In this document: positions 28,911 through 41,721 of the stretch, piece after piece
Layout: every line of letters begins with the position of its first letter
How positions within the stretch are numbered: the first letter of the stretch is position 1
Position numbers and translations under genes: made by a program
Notes under the pieces: generated by a model
What the model was told of the DNA's origin: nothing
Databases searched by the model: none
What the model saw: the letters and a program-made list of their open reading frames with translations, nothing else
Origin: an uncultured delta proteobacterium
Lineage (GTDB): Bacteria; Desulfobacterota; Binatia; DP-6
Reading direction: 5' to 3'
Assembly (NCBI GenBank): GCA_963713495.1
Contig: CAVQLX010000007.1
Span: 825,309 to 889,308, forward strand
Length of the DNA stretch: 64,000 nt

Positions 28911-30011
28911 TCAGAAGAGAAAGCGGCGCATCGAGACGTTCATCACCAGCCCGATCCCGATCAGCAGACACAGCATCGACGACCCGCCGTAGCTGAACAG
29001 CGGGAGCGGGATGCCGACGACGGGCAGGAGCCCGGTGGTCATCCCGACGTTGACCACCACCTGCCAGAACACGATCGTCAGGACGCCCATCACCAGCAGC
29101 GCGCCGAAGCGGTTGCGCGACCGCGCCGCGATCACGGTACCCCGGAGCAGGATCGCGAGGTAGAACGCCATGAGGGTCGCCCCTCCGATCAGCCCCCACT
29201 CCTCGGAGAACACCGAGAAGATGAAGTCGGTGTGCTGCTCGGGCAGGAAGCTCAGGTGGTTCTGGGTACCGTGGAGAAATCCCTTGCCCCAGAGCATCCC
29301 GGACCCGACCGCGATCTTCGACTGGATCACGTGGTAGCCGGCGCCGAGCGGATCCTGCGCCGGGTCCATGAAGGTGAGGATGCGCCGCTGCTGGTACTCC
29401 TTGAGCCGCGACCAGAGCACCGGCGCGAGCAGCACGGCCGGCGAGGCGAGCAGCGCCAGCCAGCGAATCTGCACCCCGCCGAGCACCAGCATCGTGATGC
29501 TGACGAGGACCACCAGCGCCGCCGACCCGAGGTCGGGCTGCGCCAGGATCGCCGCTGCCGGAAGCAACATCAGCAACAGCGGAACGGCCGCCTCGCGGAG
29601 GCCGAGCTTGGCGGGCGGGGTGAGCGAGAAATGCCGGGCGCACACGAGCACCATCGCGAGCTTCGCGAACTCCGACGGCTGCATCGACACCGGCCCGAGG
29701 CGAATCCAGCGTCGCGAGCCGCCACCCACCTGACCGATCAGCGGGACCGCGAGCACCAGGAGCAGCACGACCAGGTAGATGAGGTACGCGTGCCGCTCGA
29801 GCCGGCGGTAGTCGAAGCTGAGCATCGCGAGCATGACGATGAGGCCGGCGGCGAACCACGTGAGCTGGCGCATCGCCATGGGAGCCGGCGAATCCGTGCC
29901 GGGCGTGTAGCTGGCACTGTAGACCGTCAGGATGCCGAACGCGCAGATCGCGATGGCGAGGAGCGGGAGGGCCCACTCGAAGTGAGTCAGCAGGCGTCTG
30001 TCGAATCGCAT
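28911..30011 (-). CDS. rodA: Rod shape-determining protein RodA
   Basis: QPSEFAK, QPDLG, LPEQHTDFIF, PLPLFSYGGSS; operon context. Confidence 0.95.
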   Translation of the reverse strand: MRFDRRLLTHFEWALPLLAIAICAFGILTVYSASYTPGTDSPAPMAMRQLTWFAAGLIVMLAMLSFDYRRLERHAYLIYLVVLLLVLAVPLIGQVGGGSRRWIRLGPVSMQPSEFAKLAMVLVCARHFSLTPPAKLGLREAAVPLLLMLLPAAAILAQPDLGSAALVVLVSITMLVLGGVQIRWLALLASPAVLLAPVLWSRLKEYQQRRILTFMDPAQDPLGAGYHVIQSKIAVGSGMLWGKGFLHGTQNHLSFLPEQHTDFIFSVFSEEWGLIGGATLMAFYLAILLRGTVIAARSRNRFGALLVMGVLTIVFWQVVVNVGMTTGLLPVVGIPLPLFSYGGSSMLCLLIGIGLVMNVSMRRFLF

Positions 30012-30032
30012 GAGCCGTCGCGTCGGACACGC

Positions 30033-32003
30033 TCAGTCGCGTGCCGCGTGTGCCTCCTGCACGCCGCCACGCCGGTGACGCGGCGCGTGCGGCCGTCGAT
30101 GTCGCGTGCGCGGCTCGTCCCCGTCGTCGGCCCTGTCGTGCAGCTGCGGTCCGGCGTCGCGCGTGAAGTAGTGCTCCAGGATCTGCTTGGCGATCGGCGC
30201 GGCGAACTTGCCGCCGCCGCCGCCGGCGTGCTCGACGAGGACGGCGAGGGCGATCGTCGGCGCCTCCACGGGCGCGAACGCGATGAACCAGGCATGGTCG
30301 CGGCTTCCGCGCGCGCGCCGGTTCGACCCCTTCAGCGCGACGGTCTGCGCCGTCCCCGTCTTGCCCGCGACCTCGACGGCGCGGATGCGCGCCGCGTGAC
30401 CGGTCCCGCCCGGCGTCATCACCACGTCGCGCATCGCCGCGTGGAGTTTCTTCACCGTGCTGTCCTTGATGATCGGCGCGTCACCGATCACCTCGGGCTC
30501 GACCTCCTGTCGCAGGGTGCCGTCGGGCGCAACGACGCGCTTCACGTAGTGCGGAAGGTAGCGCGTTCCACCGTTCGCGATCGTGGCGACCACCTGCGCC
30601 ATCTGCAGCGGCGTGACGGTGACGTACCCCTGCCCGATCGACGCCGACATGGTCTCGCCCGCCATCCACGGCCGCTTGAACCGGCGCAGCTTCCACTGCG
30701 TGTCGGGAATGATGCCCGCCTTCTCGTGCTCCAGGCGGATGCCCGACGGCGCGCCCAGGCCGAAGCGGCGCGACCACGTCGCGATGGTGTCGATCCCGAG
30801 CCGCTGGCCGAGCTGGTAGAAGAACACGTCGCACGACTGGACGATCGCCTGGTGAAAGGCGATCGTCCCGTGTCCGCCGTGGCGCCAGCAGCCGAAGAAG
30901 TGATTGCCGAGCGACATGCCGCCGCGGCAGTAGACGCTCGTCTTCGGTCCGATGGCGCCCTCCTCGAGGCCGGCGGCCGCCATCACCACCTTGAAGGTCG
31001 ATCCCGGCGGATACAGTCCCTGGACGGCGCGATCGTTCAACGGCTTCAGCGGGTCCTGCATCAGCGCCCGCCACTCGGCCGGCTGGATGCCGCGCGCGAA
31101 GAGGTTGGGGTCGTACGCCGGCTTGGACGCCAGCACCAGCACCTCGCCGTTGCGCGGATCGAGCGCGACGACCGCTCCGCTGCGATCGCCGAGCGCTCGC
31201 TCCGCCTCCTGCTGCAGATCGAGGTCGATGGTGAGGACGAGGTTGTCGCCCGGGACGTCGGGAACGTCCTCGAGGACACGCACGCGGCGGCCGAGGGCGT
31301 CGACCTCGACCTGCTGCCCGCCCGGCTTGCCGCGCAACTCCTCGTCCCACGACTTCTCGAGGTTCATCTTGCCGACCAGATCCCCGCGTCGGACGTCCGG
31401 ATTCGTCGTCCGCGCCAGCTCGTTCTCGCTCACCTCGCCCACGTAGCCGAGGAGATGCGCCGCCAGCGGTCCGTACGGATAGTCGCGCCGCGGTCCCACG
31501 CGCAGCGACACGCCGGGCAGCTCGAGCTGGTGGGTCTCGAGCGCCACCACACCGGGCCATTCGAGGTCGCGGCGCATCACGATGCCCTCGTACGGCGGGC
31601 GCTTCGACGGCGCGTGGAGCCGCTCGGTCACGGCATCCTCGGGCTCGTCGAGGTGCGCGGCCAGCGTGCGCAGCACCGCCGGTCGATCGCGGGCGTCCTC
31701 GGGAACGAACACGACGTCGAAGGAGGCACGGTTGTCGATCAGCAGCTCGCCGTTGCGATCGTAGACCACCCCGCGCGCCGACGGCACGCGGACCAGGCGG
31801 ATACGGTTGTGCTCCGAGAGCGACCGCATCTCGGGCCCCTGCACCACCTGCAGCGAGACCAGCCGCGCGATGATGGCGATGAAGGCGACGAGGACGATCG
31901 CCGCGGCGACCCCGATGCGGCGGCCGAGCTCGGGCGGGACGTCACGCGGGACGGAGCGCAGCTCGTCCTTCTCCGCCTTCCCGGGCTCGATGCGACCGGA
32001 CAC
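30033..32003 (-). CDS. mrdA: Penicillin-binding protein 2
   Basis: RGVVYDRNG, PGSTFK, SCDVFFY, KTGTAQ. Confidence 0.95.
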   Translation of the reverse strand: MSGRIEPGKAEKDELRSVPRDVPPELGRRIGVAAAIVLVAFIAIIARLVSLQVVQGPEMRSLSEHNRIRLVRVPSARGVVYDRNGELLIDNRASFDVVFVPEDARDRPAVLRTLAAHLDEPEDAVTERLHAPSKRPPYEGIVMRRDLEWPGVVALETHQLELPGVSLRVGPRRDYPYGPLAAHLLGYVGEVSENELARTTNPDVRRGDLVGKMNLEKSWDEELRGKPGGQQVEVDALGRRVRVLEDVPDVPGDNLVLTIDLDLQQEAERALGDRSGAVVALDPRNGEVLVLASKPAYDPNLFARGIQPAEWRALMQDPLKPLNDRAVQGLYPPGSTFKVVMAAAGLEEGAIGPKTSVYCRGGMSLGNHFFGCWRHGGHGTIAFHQAIVQSCDVFFYQLGQRLGIDTIATWSRRFGLGAPSGIRLEHEKAGIIPDTQWKLRRFKRPWMAGETMSASIGQGYVTVTPLQMAQVVATIANGGTRYLPHYVKRVVAPDGTLRQEVEPEVIGDAPIIKDSTVKKLHAAMRDVVMTPGGTGHAARIRAVEVAGKTGTAQTVALKGSNRRARGSRDHAWFIAFAPVEAPTIALAVLVEHAGGGGGKFAAPIAKQILEHYFTRDAGPQLHDRADDGDEPRTRHRRPHAPRHRRGGVQEAHAARD

Positions 32004-32015
32004 CGGTGCGGCTCC

Positions 32016-32513
32016 TCAGGCGCCGACGCGCAGCACACGCTGCTCCCAGGAGAGAAAGCCGAAGACGAGCGGCGTGACCGCCGCGGCGACGAGGGCGTCG
32101 AGCGGCACGTGACGCAGTCCGTGGGTCCAGACGACCCGCCCGGCGACGGCGGCGAGCGAGGTGAGCGCGAGCACCAGGACGGCATACGCGCACGCCGCGA
32201 CGAACACGATCAGCACCGCCGGCACCCCTTCTTCGGTCCACAGCACGCGCGCGACGTGATGGACGCCCAGGTACACCGCCGTGAACGCGAACGCATGCAG
32301 GCCGAGGAGCGTACCGGAGAACGTATCCAGGAAGTAGCCCAGCACGAACGCGCCGAGCGCGCCCGCCGCGCCGAACTGGTGCACGCCGAGGTAGACGACG
32401 AGCACGAGGAGGAGATTCGGCGCCAGGCTCGCGGGAATCAACAGCGGAAAGACCGCGGTCTGCAGCAGCATCGACGCGATGCCGGCGATGGCGATGGCAG
32501 CGGACCGCCGCAC
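32016..32513 (-). CDS. mreD: Rod shape-determining protein MreD
   Basis: Hydrophobic 165 aa protein with PNLLLVLVVY and GYFLDTFSG, between mreC and mrdA. Confidence 0.88.
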   Translation of the reverse strand: MRRSAAIAIAGIASMLLQTAVFPLLIPASLAPNLLLVLVVYLGVHQFGAAGALGAFVLGYFLDTFSGTLLGLHAFAFTAVYLGVHHVARVLWTEEGVPAVLIVFVAACAYAVLVLALTSLAAVAGRVVWTHGLRHVPLDALVAAAVTPLVFGFLSWEQRVLRVGA

Positions 32514-32520
32514 GATCCCG

Positions 32521-33400
32521 CTATCTCGCGCCCGGGGTCGCCGGCTGCTCGAGTCCGAGGTCCGTCGGCGGGACCACGGGTCTGACCGGCCCGAGCGTCA
32601 CGAGGACCTCCTCGAGCCGGTCGACGTCCACCGCGGGCTCGACCTGGGCGTACTGGAAGAGTCCCTGCCCCTGCTTGTCCACCGCGGAGATGTGCCCGAC
32701 GGGCAGACCCGGGCGGGAAGATGCCGTCGAACCCCGAGCTGAGGACCAGGTCTCCCGCCTGGAGGTCCTCCGTGCGCTTGACGAACTTGAGCCCGCACCA
32801 GCCCTCGACCGTTCCCTCGACGATGCCGCGCCCGCGCGTGCGCTGCACGACGGCGTCCACGCCGCTGTTGTGGTCCGTCACCAGCAGCACGCGCGCGGCG
32901 TGCGGGCTCGCCAGGAAGACCTGTCCGACGAGGCCGCCGGGCGCGAGCACCGCCGCGCCCTTCGCGACGCCGGCCGCGGTCCCCTGATCGATGGTGATGG
33001 TGTGCGACAGGCCCGACGCGTCGTGTCCGATGACGCGCGCGGTGAGGAGATCGCCGTGCAGCGTGTGCCGGAAATCGAGCAGGGTCCGCAGACGCTCGTT
33101 CTCGAGCTGCGTCTCGGCGAGGCCCGCCGTGTCGCGCTCGAGGTCGCGCACCCGCGCGCGCAGCGCGTCGACCTCCTGGCGGGCGCGCCACAGGCCGACC
33201 GCACCGGCCCGGACGTCCGCCAGGGTGCGGCTGACGAACGTCGCGCCGCGCTGGAGCGGCGCCATCAGCTCGAGGAACACCCACCCCAGCCGGTCGTCGC
33301 GCAGGCGGCTGGCGCTCGTTCGCACGATCAGCGCCGCGGCGACCAGCAGGAAGAACGCCGCCGTCGCCAGCAGCCGGTTGCGTCGAAGAAATTCGAGCAT
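32521..33400 (-). CDS. mreC: Rod shape-determining protein MreC, frameshift at ~32711
   Basis: ENERLRTLL, ITIDQG, GLVGQV, SSGFDGIFP; continues in a shifted frame as GLPVG...VEPAVD..RLEEVLV to TAG at 32521. Confidence 0.9.
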
Positions 33401-33424
33401 GACGCCCCGCCGCCACGCGGCGGG

Positions 33425-36470
<3,046 letters not shown>

Positions 36471-36475
<5 letters not shown>

Positions 36476-37247
36476 CGCCGCCGCCGGCGTCGACGGCTTC
36501 GCGCGCGGCGGCCCCCGGCCGCTCGGCTGTCTCCTGCTGCACGGATTCACCGCCACCCCGGACGAGGTGCGTCCGCTGGGCGAGGCGCTCACCGCCGCGG
36601 GGTTTCCCGTGCGTGCCGTTCGACTCCCCGGCCACGGCACCACGCCCGCCGACCTGGCGCGCACCGACTGGCGCGACTGGCTGGCGTCGGCCGAGGACGC
36701 GCTGGCGGCCCTTCGCGCGGAGACGCCCCGCACCGTGGTCGCCGGCGTCTCGCTCGGCGCGCTGCTCACCCTCCTCCTGGCCTCCCGGCGGCCGCGGGAG
36801 GTGGCGGCGGTCGTCTGCTGCGGCACGCCGCTCCGTCTGCGCGACCGCCGCCTCGATCTCCTGCGCTCGCTGCGCTGGCTGCCGCCGGTGCGGCGGCGCT
36901 ACGCCTTCGTGCAGAAGGGACCGCGCGACATCTCGGACCCGGCCGCGCGTGCACGCAGCCGGAGCTACGACGTGTTCCCGCTGCTGCCGCTGATGTCGGT
37001 CATGCAGCTGCGCGGCGTCGTGCGGCGCGCGCTTCGCCAGGTGACGCAGCCGGTGCTGCTGCTGCACGGGCGTGACGATCACGTGGCGGCGGTGTCGAAC
37101 CTCGCGCTGCTACGCCGTCGTCTCGCATCCCGCGACGTCGAGTGGCACGTGCTCGAGCGCAGCTGGCACATCCTCACCGAGGACGTCGAGCGCGACCTGG
37201 TCGCGCGGCTCACGATCGATTTTCTGAGTCGGGTCGAGGGACCGTGA
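36471..37247 (+). CDS. Alpha/beta hydrolase (carboxylesterase); start codon uncertain
   Basis: GCLLLHGFTATPDE lies upstream of the ORF-track start. LPGHG, GVSLG, DDHV, SWH. Confidence 0.85.
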
Positions 37248-39120
37248 CGCCCTGCCAGGCGGCCTGCGCCTCGCTCGCCGTCTCGGCGAGCGGCTGACTG
37301 CCGGCGGCACACTCGATCGCGAAGTGCAGCTGGGGGTACTTCGGCGGCAGCCGCATCAGGTTGTGCACGAATACCCCGGTCGCCATGCGATCGACCCACG
37401 ACGACGTCGGCCAGCCGAAGTGGACGGTGATGTCGCGGCCCGCGAGCTCGTCCACGAGAAGCTCGAGGACCACGACGATGCTCGCGTACACGCTGCCGCC
37501 CTGGATGTGGAAGCGGTAGTGGCTCGGTCCGAGCTTGTCGGGAATCGCCTGGCGCGGCGAGAAGAAGGTGACGAACGTCGTGCCCTCGGCCTCCAGCCGC
37601 GCGTCGAGCTCGCCCGGCCGGCGGAACCAGACGTGCAGCGGACCGTCCGCTTCCCCGAGCGCCAGCAGCATCTCCATCGGCAGGTCGCTGCGGCGCTTCT
37701 CCTTCACCTCGGGCCCGTACCGGCGCGAGAACGGGATGCCGGCGAGGAGGATGACGCTCACCACCGAGGCCCACAGCCCGGTGCCGTACGGCTTGTGCAG
37801 CGCCAGGTAGATGAAGCACGCGATCAGGATGAACTCGAGGACCAGCGTCCCCGTGCGGGACGTGTAGTAGTCCCGGATGTCCTTGGTGCCGCGGAAGAAG
37901 CGATAGATCAGCAGGCAGCCGATGTTCAGGCAGAAGCTCGCCAGCAGCCCCACCGCGTACATCTCCGCGAGGACCGACTGCGAGCCGCGCGTGAGCAGGA
38001 TGATCCCCGTGTAGAGCGACCCGTTCACGATGTGGATGCGGTAGAGCGACGCGCGCTGGTTCGTCGCGATGAGCCAGTTCATGCGATAGCGGTGCGCCAC
38101 GCGCTCGAGCAGCTCGCTCGAGGCGACGTACGCGGTGTTGACCGCCATGATGAGGATGATGCTGCCGAACACGCCCACCAGGACGCCGAACGGCACGTTG
38201 GCGACCGTGGTCGCGTAGTACGTGATCAGGTCGCCCTCGTGCGCGTGCAGGTCGATCGGCGCGGACAGGGCGAGCGCGGAGATCACCGGCGTCACGATGC
38301 CGACCGTGAGGGCCAGGAACCAGTACGCCTTCGCGATGTCGCGCCAGCTGCGCACGAGTCCGGCCGTCTGGATCACCGATTCGATGCCCGAGTACGCCAG
38401 CACGCAGCTCGCGACCCCGACGGTGATGACGGACACGAAGTGCGCCACGCTGTGGTGCGCGATCGCGCCGTAGACGCTCGTCCCGCTCTCCCAGATGACC
38501 GACGGCGACTGCGGGTCGATGTGGATGAATCCCAGCACGATCAGGTTCACGAACACGAACGCCGCGGCGATGAAGATGAAGAAGGTGACGCGCGCGTTCT
38601 CCCGGATGCCGATGATGTTGAGTCCGGCCACGCCCCAGATGATCGCGAGGATGAGCGCGTACTCGGTCCCCGCCCCCAGCGGGAGGAACGCGGTCCCGTT
38701 GATGACCGCGCTCACCGTCGAGATGCACGCGGTCAGGATGTAGTCGACCATGATGGAGGCGACCGCGACGAACGACGCCACCGGGCCGAGCACCAGGTAC
38801 GAGAAGGAGTAGACGCCGCCGCCGCGGACCCCGTTGCGCTCCAGGATCTGGGCGATCTCGACCATGCGGCTCGAGAGGAACCGCATGAGGATCGACGTGA
38901 AGGCGATGAAGAAGATCGCCTGGAGCCCGATGAAGCGATGCGCCTCGGCCGGCGCGTAGAACACCGAGGTCAGCTCGTCCATGAGCGTGATCACGCCGAT
39001 GGAGAGCCAGGTGAGGTACCACTTGCCCGCCTGCGCGTAGCCGAGGAGGTTCGACTTGCGCATCGCCAGGACGAAGACGGCCACCAGGCCGAGGTTCAGG
39101 AGAACGAGGGTGACGGTCAT
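37210..39120 (-). CDS. APC-superfamily permease, KimA-like K+ transporter candidate
   Basis: DELTSVFY, GGGVY, VDYILT, SGIES, YAVG, plus a soluble C-terminal domain. ATGA overlap with radA. Confidence 0.8.
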   Translation of the reverse strand: MTVTLVLLNLGLVAVFVLAMRKSNLLGYAQAGKWYLTWLSIGVITLMDELTSVFYAPAEAHRFIGLQAIFFIAFTSILMRFLSSRMVEIAQILERNGVRGGGVYSFSYLVLGPVASFVAVASIMVDYILTACISTVSAVINGTAFLPLGAGTEYALILAIIWGVAGLNIIGIRENARVTFFIFIAAAFVFVNLIVLGFIHIDPQSPSVIWESGTSVYGAIAHHSVAHFVSVITVGVASCVLAYSGIESVIQTAGLVRSWRDIAKAYWFLALTVGIVTPVISALALSAPIDLHAHEGDLITYYATTVANVPFGVLVGVFGSIILIMAVNTAYVASSELLERVAHRYRMNWLIATNQRASLYRIHIVNGSLYTGIILLTRGSQSVLAEMYAVGLLASFCLNIGCLLIYRFFRGTKDIRDYYTSRTGTLVLEFILIACFIYLALHKPYGTGLWASVVSVILLAGIPFSRRYGPEVKEKRRSDLPMEMLLALGEADGPLHVWFRRPGELDARLEAEGTTFVTFFSPRQAIPDKLGPSHYRFHIQGGSVYASIVVVLELLVDELAGRDITVHFGWPTSSWVDRMATGVFVHNLMRLPPKYPQLHFAIECAAGSQPLAETASEAQAAWQGVTVPRPDSENRS

Positions 39121-40493
39121 GCGAGGTCCAGGGCGTCGAAGAGCTGGTCGAGCGCGGCCACACCCTGGGCGCGCAGCCCGGGAGTGGCCGGCAGGCCGCG
39201 CATGTTGCCGGCGGGCAGGATGCAGCGGAGGAATCCCTGGCGCGCGGCCTCGCGCGCCCGCGCCTCGGCCCGGGGTGCCGAGCGCACCTCGCCGGTGAGA
39301 CCGACCTCGCCCCACAGGACGACGTCGTCGGGAAGCGGACGGCCGCGTACGCTCGACGCCACCGCCGCCACGACGGCGAGGTCGGCGGCCGGCTCGTCGA
39401 CGCGCAGGCCGCCGGCGACGTTCAGGAACACGTCCTGATCGTGAAGCTGCATGCGGCGGCGCTTCTCCAGCACGGCGAGCAGCAGCGCGACGCGGCCGGG
39501 ATCGACCCCGATGGCGGTCCGTCGCGGCATGGCCAGTCCCGAGCGCGCCACGAGCGCCTGGATCTCCACCAGCACGGGACGGCTACCTTCCAGCGTCGCG
39601 AGCACGGCCGAGCCGGGAGCCCCCGCGGGGCGCTCGGCGAGGAACGCGGCCGACGGGTTCTGCACCTCGACGAGGCCGCTCTCCGCCATCTCGAACACGC
39701 CCACCTCGTTCGTGGAGCCGAAACGGTTCTTCACCGCGCGCAGCACGCGCAACGCGTGCGCGCCGTCGCCCTCGAAGTAGAGCACCGTGTCGACGAGGTG
39801 CTCGAGGACGCGCGGACCGGCGAGCGCACCCTCCTTGGTGACGTGTCCGATCAGCACGCACGCCGTCCCGCTTGCCTTGCAGTGCGTGGTGAGCAGCGCC
39901 GCCGACTCGCGGACCTGTCCCACGCTGCCCGGCGCCGACGCGAGCGTCGCCGTGTGCAGCGTCTGGATCGAGTCGACGACGACGACCGCCGGATGGACGG
40001 CGTCGATCTGCTCGATCACGGCCTCGGCGTTGGTCTCGGGCAGGATCAGGACTCCGGCGTCGTCGAGACCGAGGCGGTCGGCGCGCAGCCTGACCTGCTC
40101 CGGCGACTCCTCGCCCGCGACGTACAGAACGACGAGACCCTGCCGCGCGAGCGCGCTGCAGGCCTGCAGCGTGAGCGTCGACTTGCCGATGCCGGGATCG
40201 CCGCCCACCAGGGTGACCGATCCCTGCACGATCCCACCACCGAGCACGCGATCGAGCTCGCCGATCCCCGTCGAGCGACGCAGCGAGCCCTGTGTCCGGA
40301 CGGCGGTCAGCGGATAGGGAGCCGCCGCGCCGGACGGCCGGCCCTTCGCCGCGGTACGCGCGCGGGGATCGGTCACGATCTCCTCGACCAGCGACCCCCA
40401 CGTCGAGCACGAGGGACACACGCCCAGCCAGCGCGGCGAGGCGTGCCCGCACTGCTGGCAGGTGAATGCCGTGCGGCGCGTCTTGTCAACCAT
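39117..40493 (-). CDS. radA: DNA repair protein RadA/Sms
   Basis: CQQC..CPSC zinc finger, GDPGIGKST, KNRFG, Lon-like C-terminus. Confidence 0.96.
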   Translation of the reverse strand: MVDKTRRTAFTCQQCGHASPRWLGVCPSCSTWGSLVEEIVTDPRARTAAKGRPSGAAAPYPLTAVRTQGSLRRSTGIGELDRVLGGGIVQGSVTLVGGDPGIGKSTLTLQACSALARQGLVVLYVAGEESPEQVRLRADRLGLDDAGVLILPETNAEAVIEQIDAVHPAVVVVDSIQTLHTATLASAPGSVGQVRESAALLTTHCKASGTACVLIGHVTKEGALAGPRVLEHLVDTVLYFEGDGAHALRVLRAVKNRFGSTNEVGVFEMAESGLVEVQNPSAAFLAERPAGAPGSAVLATLEGSRPVLVEIQALVARSGLAMPRRTAIGVDPGRVALLLAVLEKRRRMQLHDQDVFLNVAGGLRVDEPAADLAVVAAVASSVRGRPLPDDVVLWGEVGLTGEVRSAPRAEARAREAARQGFLRCILPAGNMRGLPATPGLRAQGVAALDQLFDALDLA

Positions 40494-40514
40494 GAACGTC
40501 ACTCAGGTTGACAA
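40483..40514. promoter_or_regulatory. BirA biotin operator
   Basis: Perfect inverted repeat TTGTCAACC-N14-GGTTGACAA directly upstream of bioF; fits the BirA site form described for delta-proteobacteria. Confidence 0.88.
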
Positions 40515-40542
40515 TGCGGCAGCCTCCCATCATCAGAAGCGG

Positions 40543-41721
40543 GTGCCGGGACTCGACGACGAGCTCGCGTCGGAGCTGACCAGCATCGACGGGGCCGGAC
40601 TCCGTCGCGTTCTCCGCCCGCTCGGGAGCGGATCGGCCGCGGAGGTGACGGTCGGCGGCCGCCCCGTTCTCCTGCTGTCGTCCAACAACTATCTCGGCAT
40701 CGCCGACCACCCGGCGCTGGTGGCGGCATCGTGCGAGGCGATCCGCCGCTGGGGTTGCGGAGCCGGCGCGTCGCGTCTCATCAGCGGACACCTGGATCTG
40801 CATGCCGAGGTGGAAGCGCAGCTCGCCGCGTTCAAGGGGACCGAGGCAGCCCTCCTCTTCCCGTCGGGCTACCAGGCGAACGTCGGCACGATCGGCGCGC
40901 TCGTCGGTCGCGGCGACCACGTCTTCAGCGACGCGCTCAACCACGCGAGCATCATCGACGGCTGTCGGCTTTCCCGGGCTTTCGTCCACGTCTATCCTCA
41001 CCGCGACGCCCGGGCACTCGAAGCCATCCTGGCTGCGACCCCACAGGGAGGCCGCCGCTTGATCATCACCGACTCTGTCTTCTCCATGGACGGCGACCGG
41101 GCCCCCCTGCGTGACCTCGTCGCGCTGGCGCGTGCCTATCATACGAGCGTGTTCCTGGACGAGGCCCACGCGGCCGGCGTGCTGGGACCGCGCGGGGCCG
41201 GGCTGGCGGAGGAGGACGGGCTCGGCGCCGAGGTCGCGGTGCAGATGGGCACGCTCGGCAAGGCGCTCGGCGGCGCCGGGGCTTACGTCGCCGGATCCCG
41301 CGCGCTCGTCGACCTGGTGGCGAACCGAGCGCGCAGCTTCGTCTATACGACGGGCCTTGCTCCGGGCGCGGTCGCGGCAGCGGGGGCGGCGCTCCGCCTG
41401 GTCGCCGCCGAGCCCGAGCGCCGCGCGCGACTGCTCGCGAACGCCGCGCGGCTGCGTCGCGAGCTGACCGCGGTGGGCCTGCGGGCGGAGGGCGATACGC
41501 ACATCATTCCCGTCATGCTCGGCGACAACGCGCTCGCGATGCGCTTCGCCGACGCGCTGCTCGACCGCGGCGTGCTCGCGCACGCGATCCGGCCACCGAC
41601 CGTTCCACCGGGAACCGCCCGCCTCCGCGTGACACCGATGGCGACGCACACCGACGCCCACATCGACCGGGCACTCGACGCGTTCGCGGCGGTCGCTCGC
41701 GCGACCGGCGTGACGTCATGA
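40543..41721 (+). CDS. bioF: 8-amino-7-oxononanoate synthase
   Basis: SSNNYLG, NHASIIDG, FSMDGD, DEAH, TLGKALG, IRPPTVP. Confidence 0.95.
   Translation: MPGLDDELASELTSIDGAGLRRVLRPLGSGSAAEVTVGGRPVLLLSSNNYLGIADHPALVAASCEAIRRWGCGAGASRLISGHLDLHAEVEAQLAAFKGTEAALLFPSGYQANVGTIGALVGRGDHVFSDALNHASIIDGCRLSRAFVHVYPHRDARALEAILAATPQGGRRLIITDSVFSMDGDRAPLRDLVALARAYHTSVFLDEAHAAGVLGPRGAGLAEEDGLGAEVAVQMGTLGKALGGAGAYVAGSRALVDLVANRARSFVYTTGLAPGAVAAAGAALRLVAAEPERRARLLANAARLRRELTAVGLRAEGDTHIIPVMLGDNALAMRFADALLDRGVLAHAIRPPTVPPGTARLRVTPMATHTDAHIDRALDAFAAVARATGVTS

Noticed and set aside
29232-32585. 1117 aa plus-strand ORF and many similar long antisense ORFs
   Set aside because: Antisense shadows of real genes (here mrdA/rodA), expected from high-GC codon bias; no recognisable motifs.
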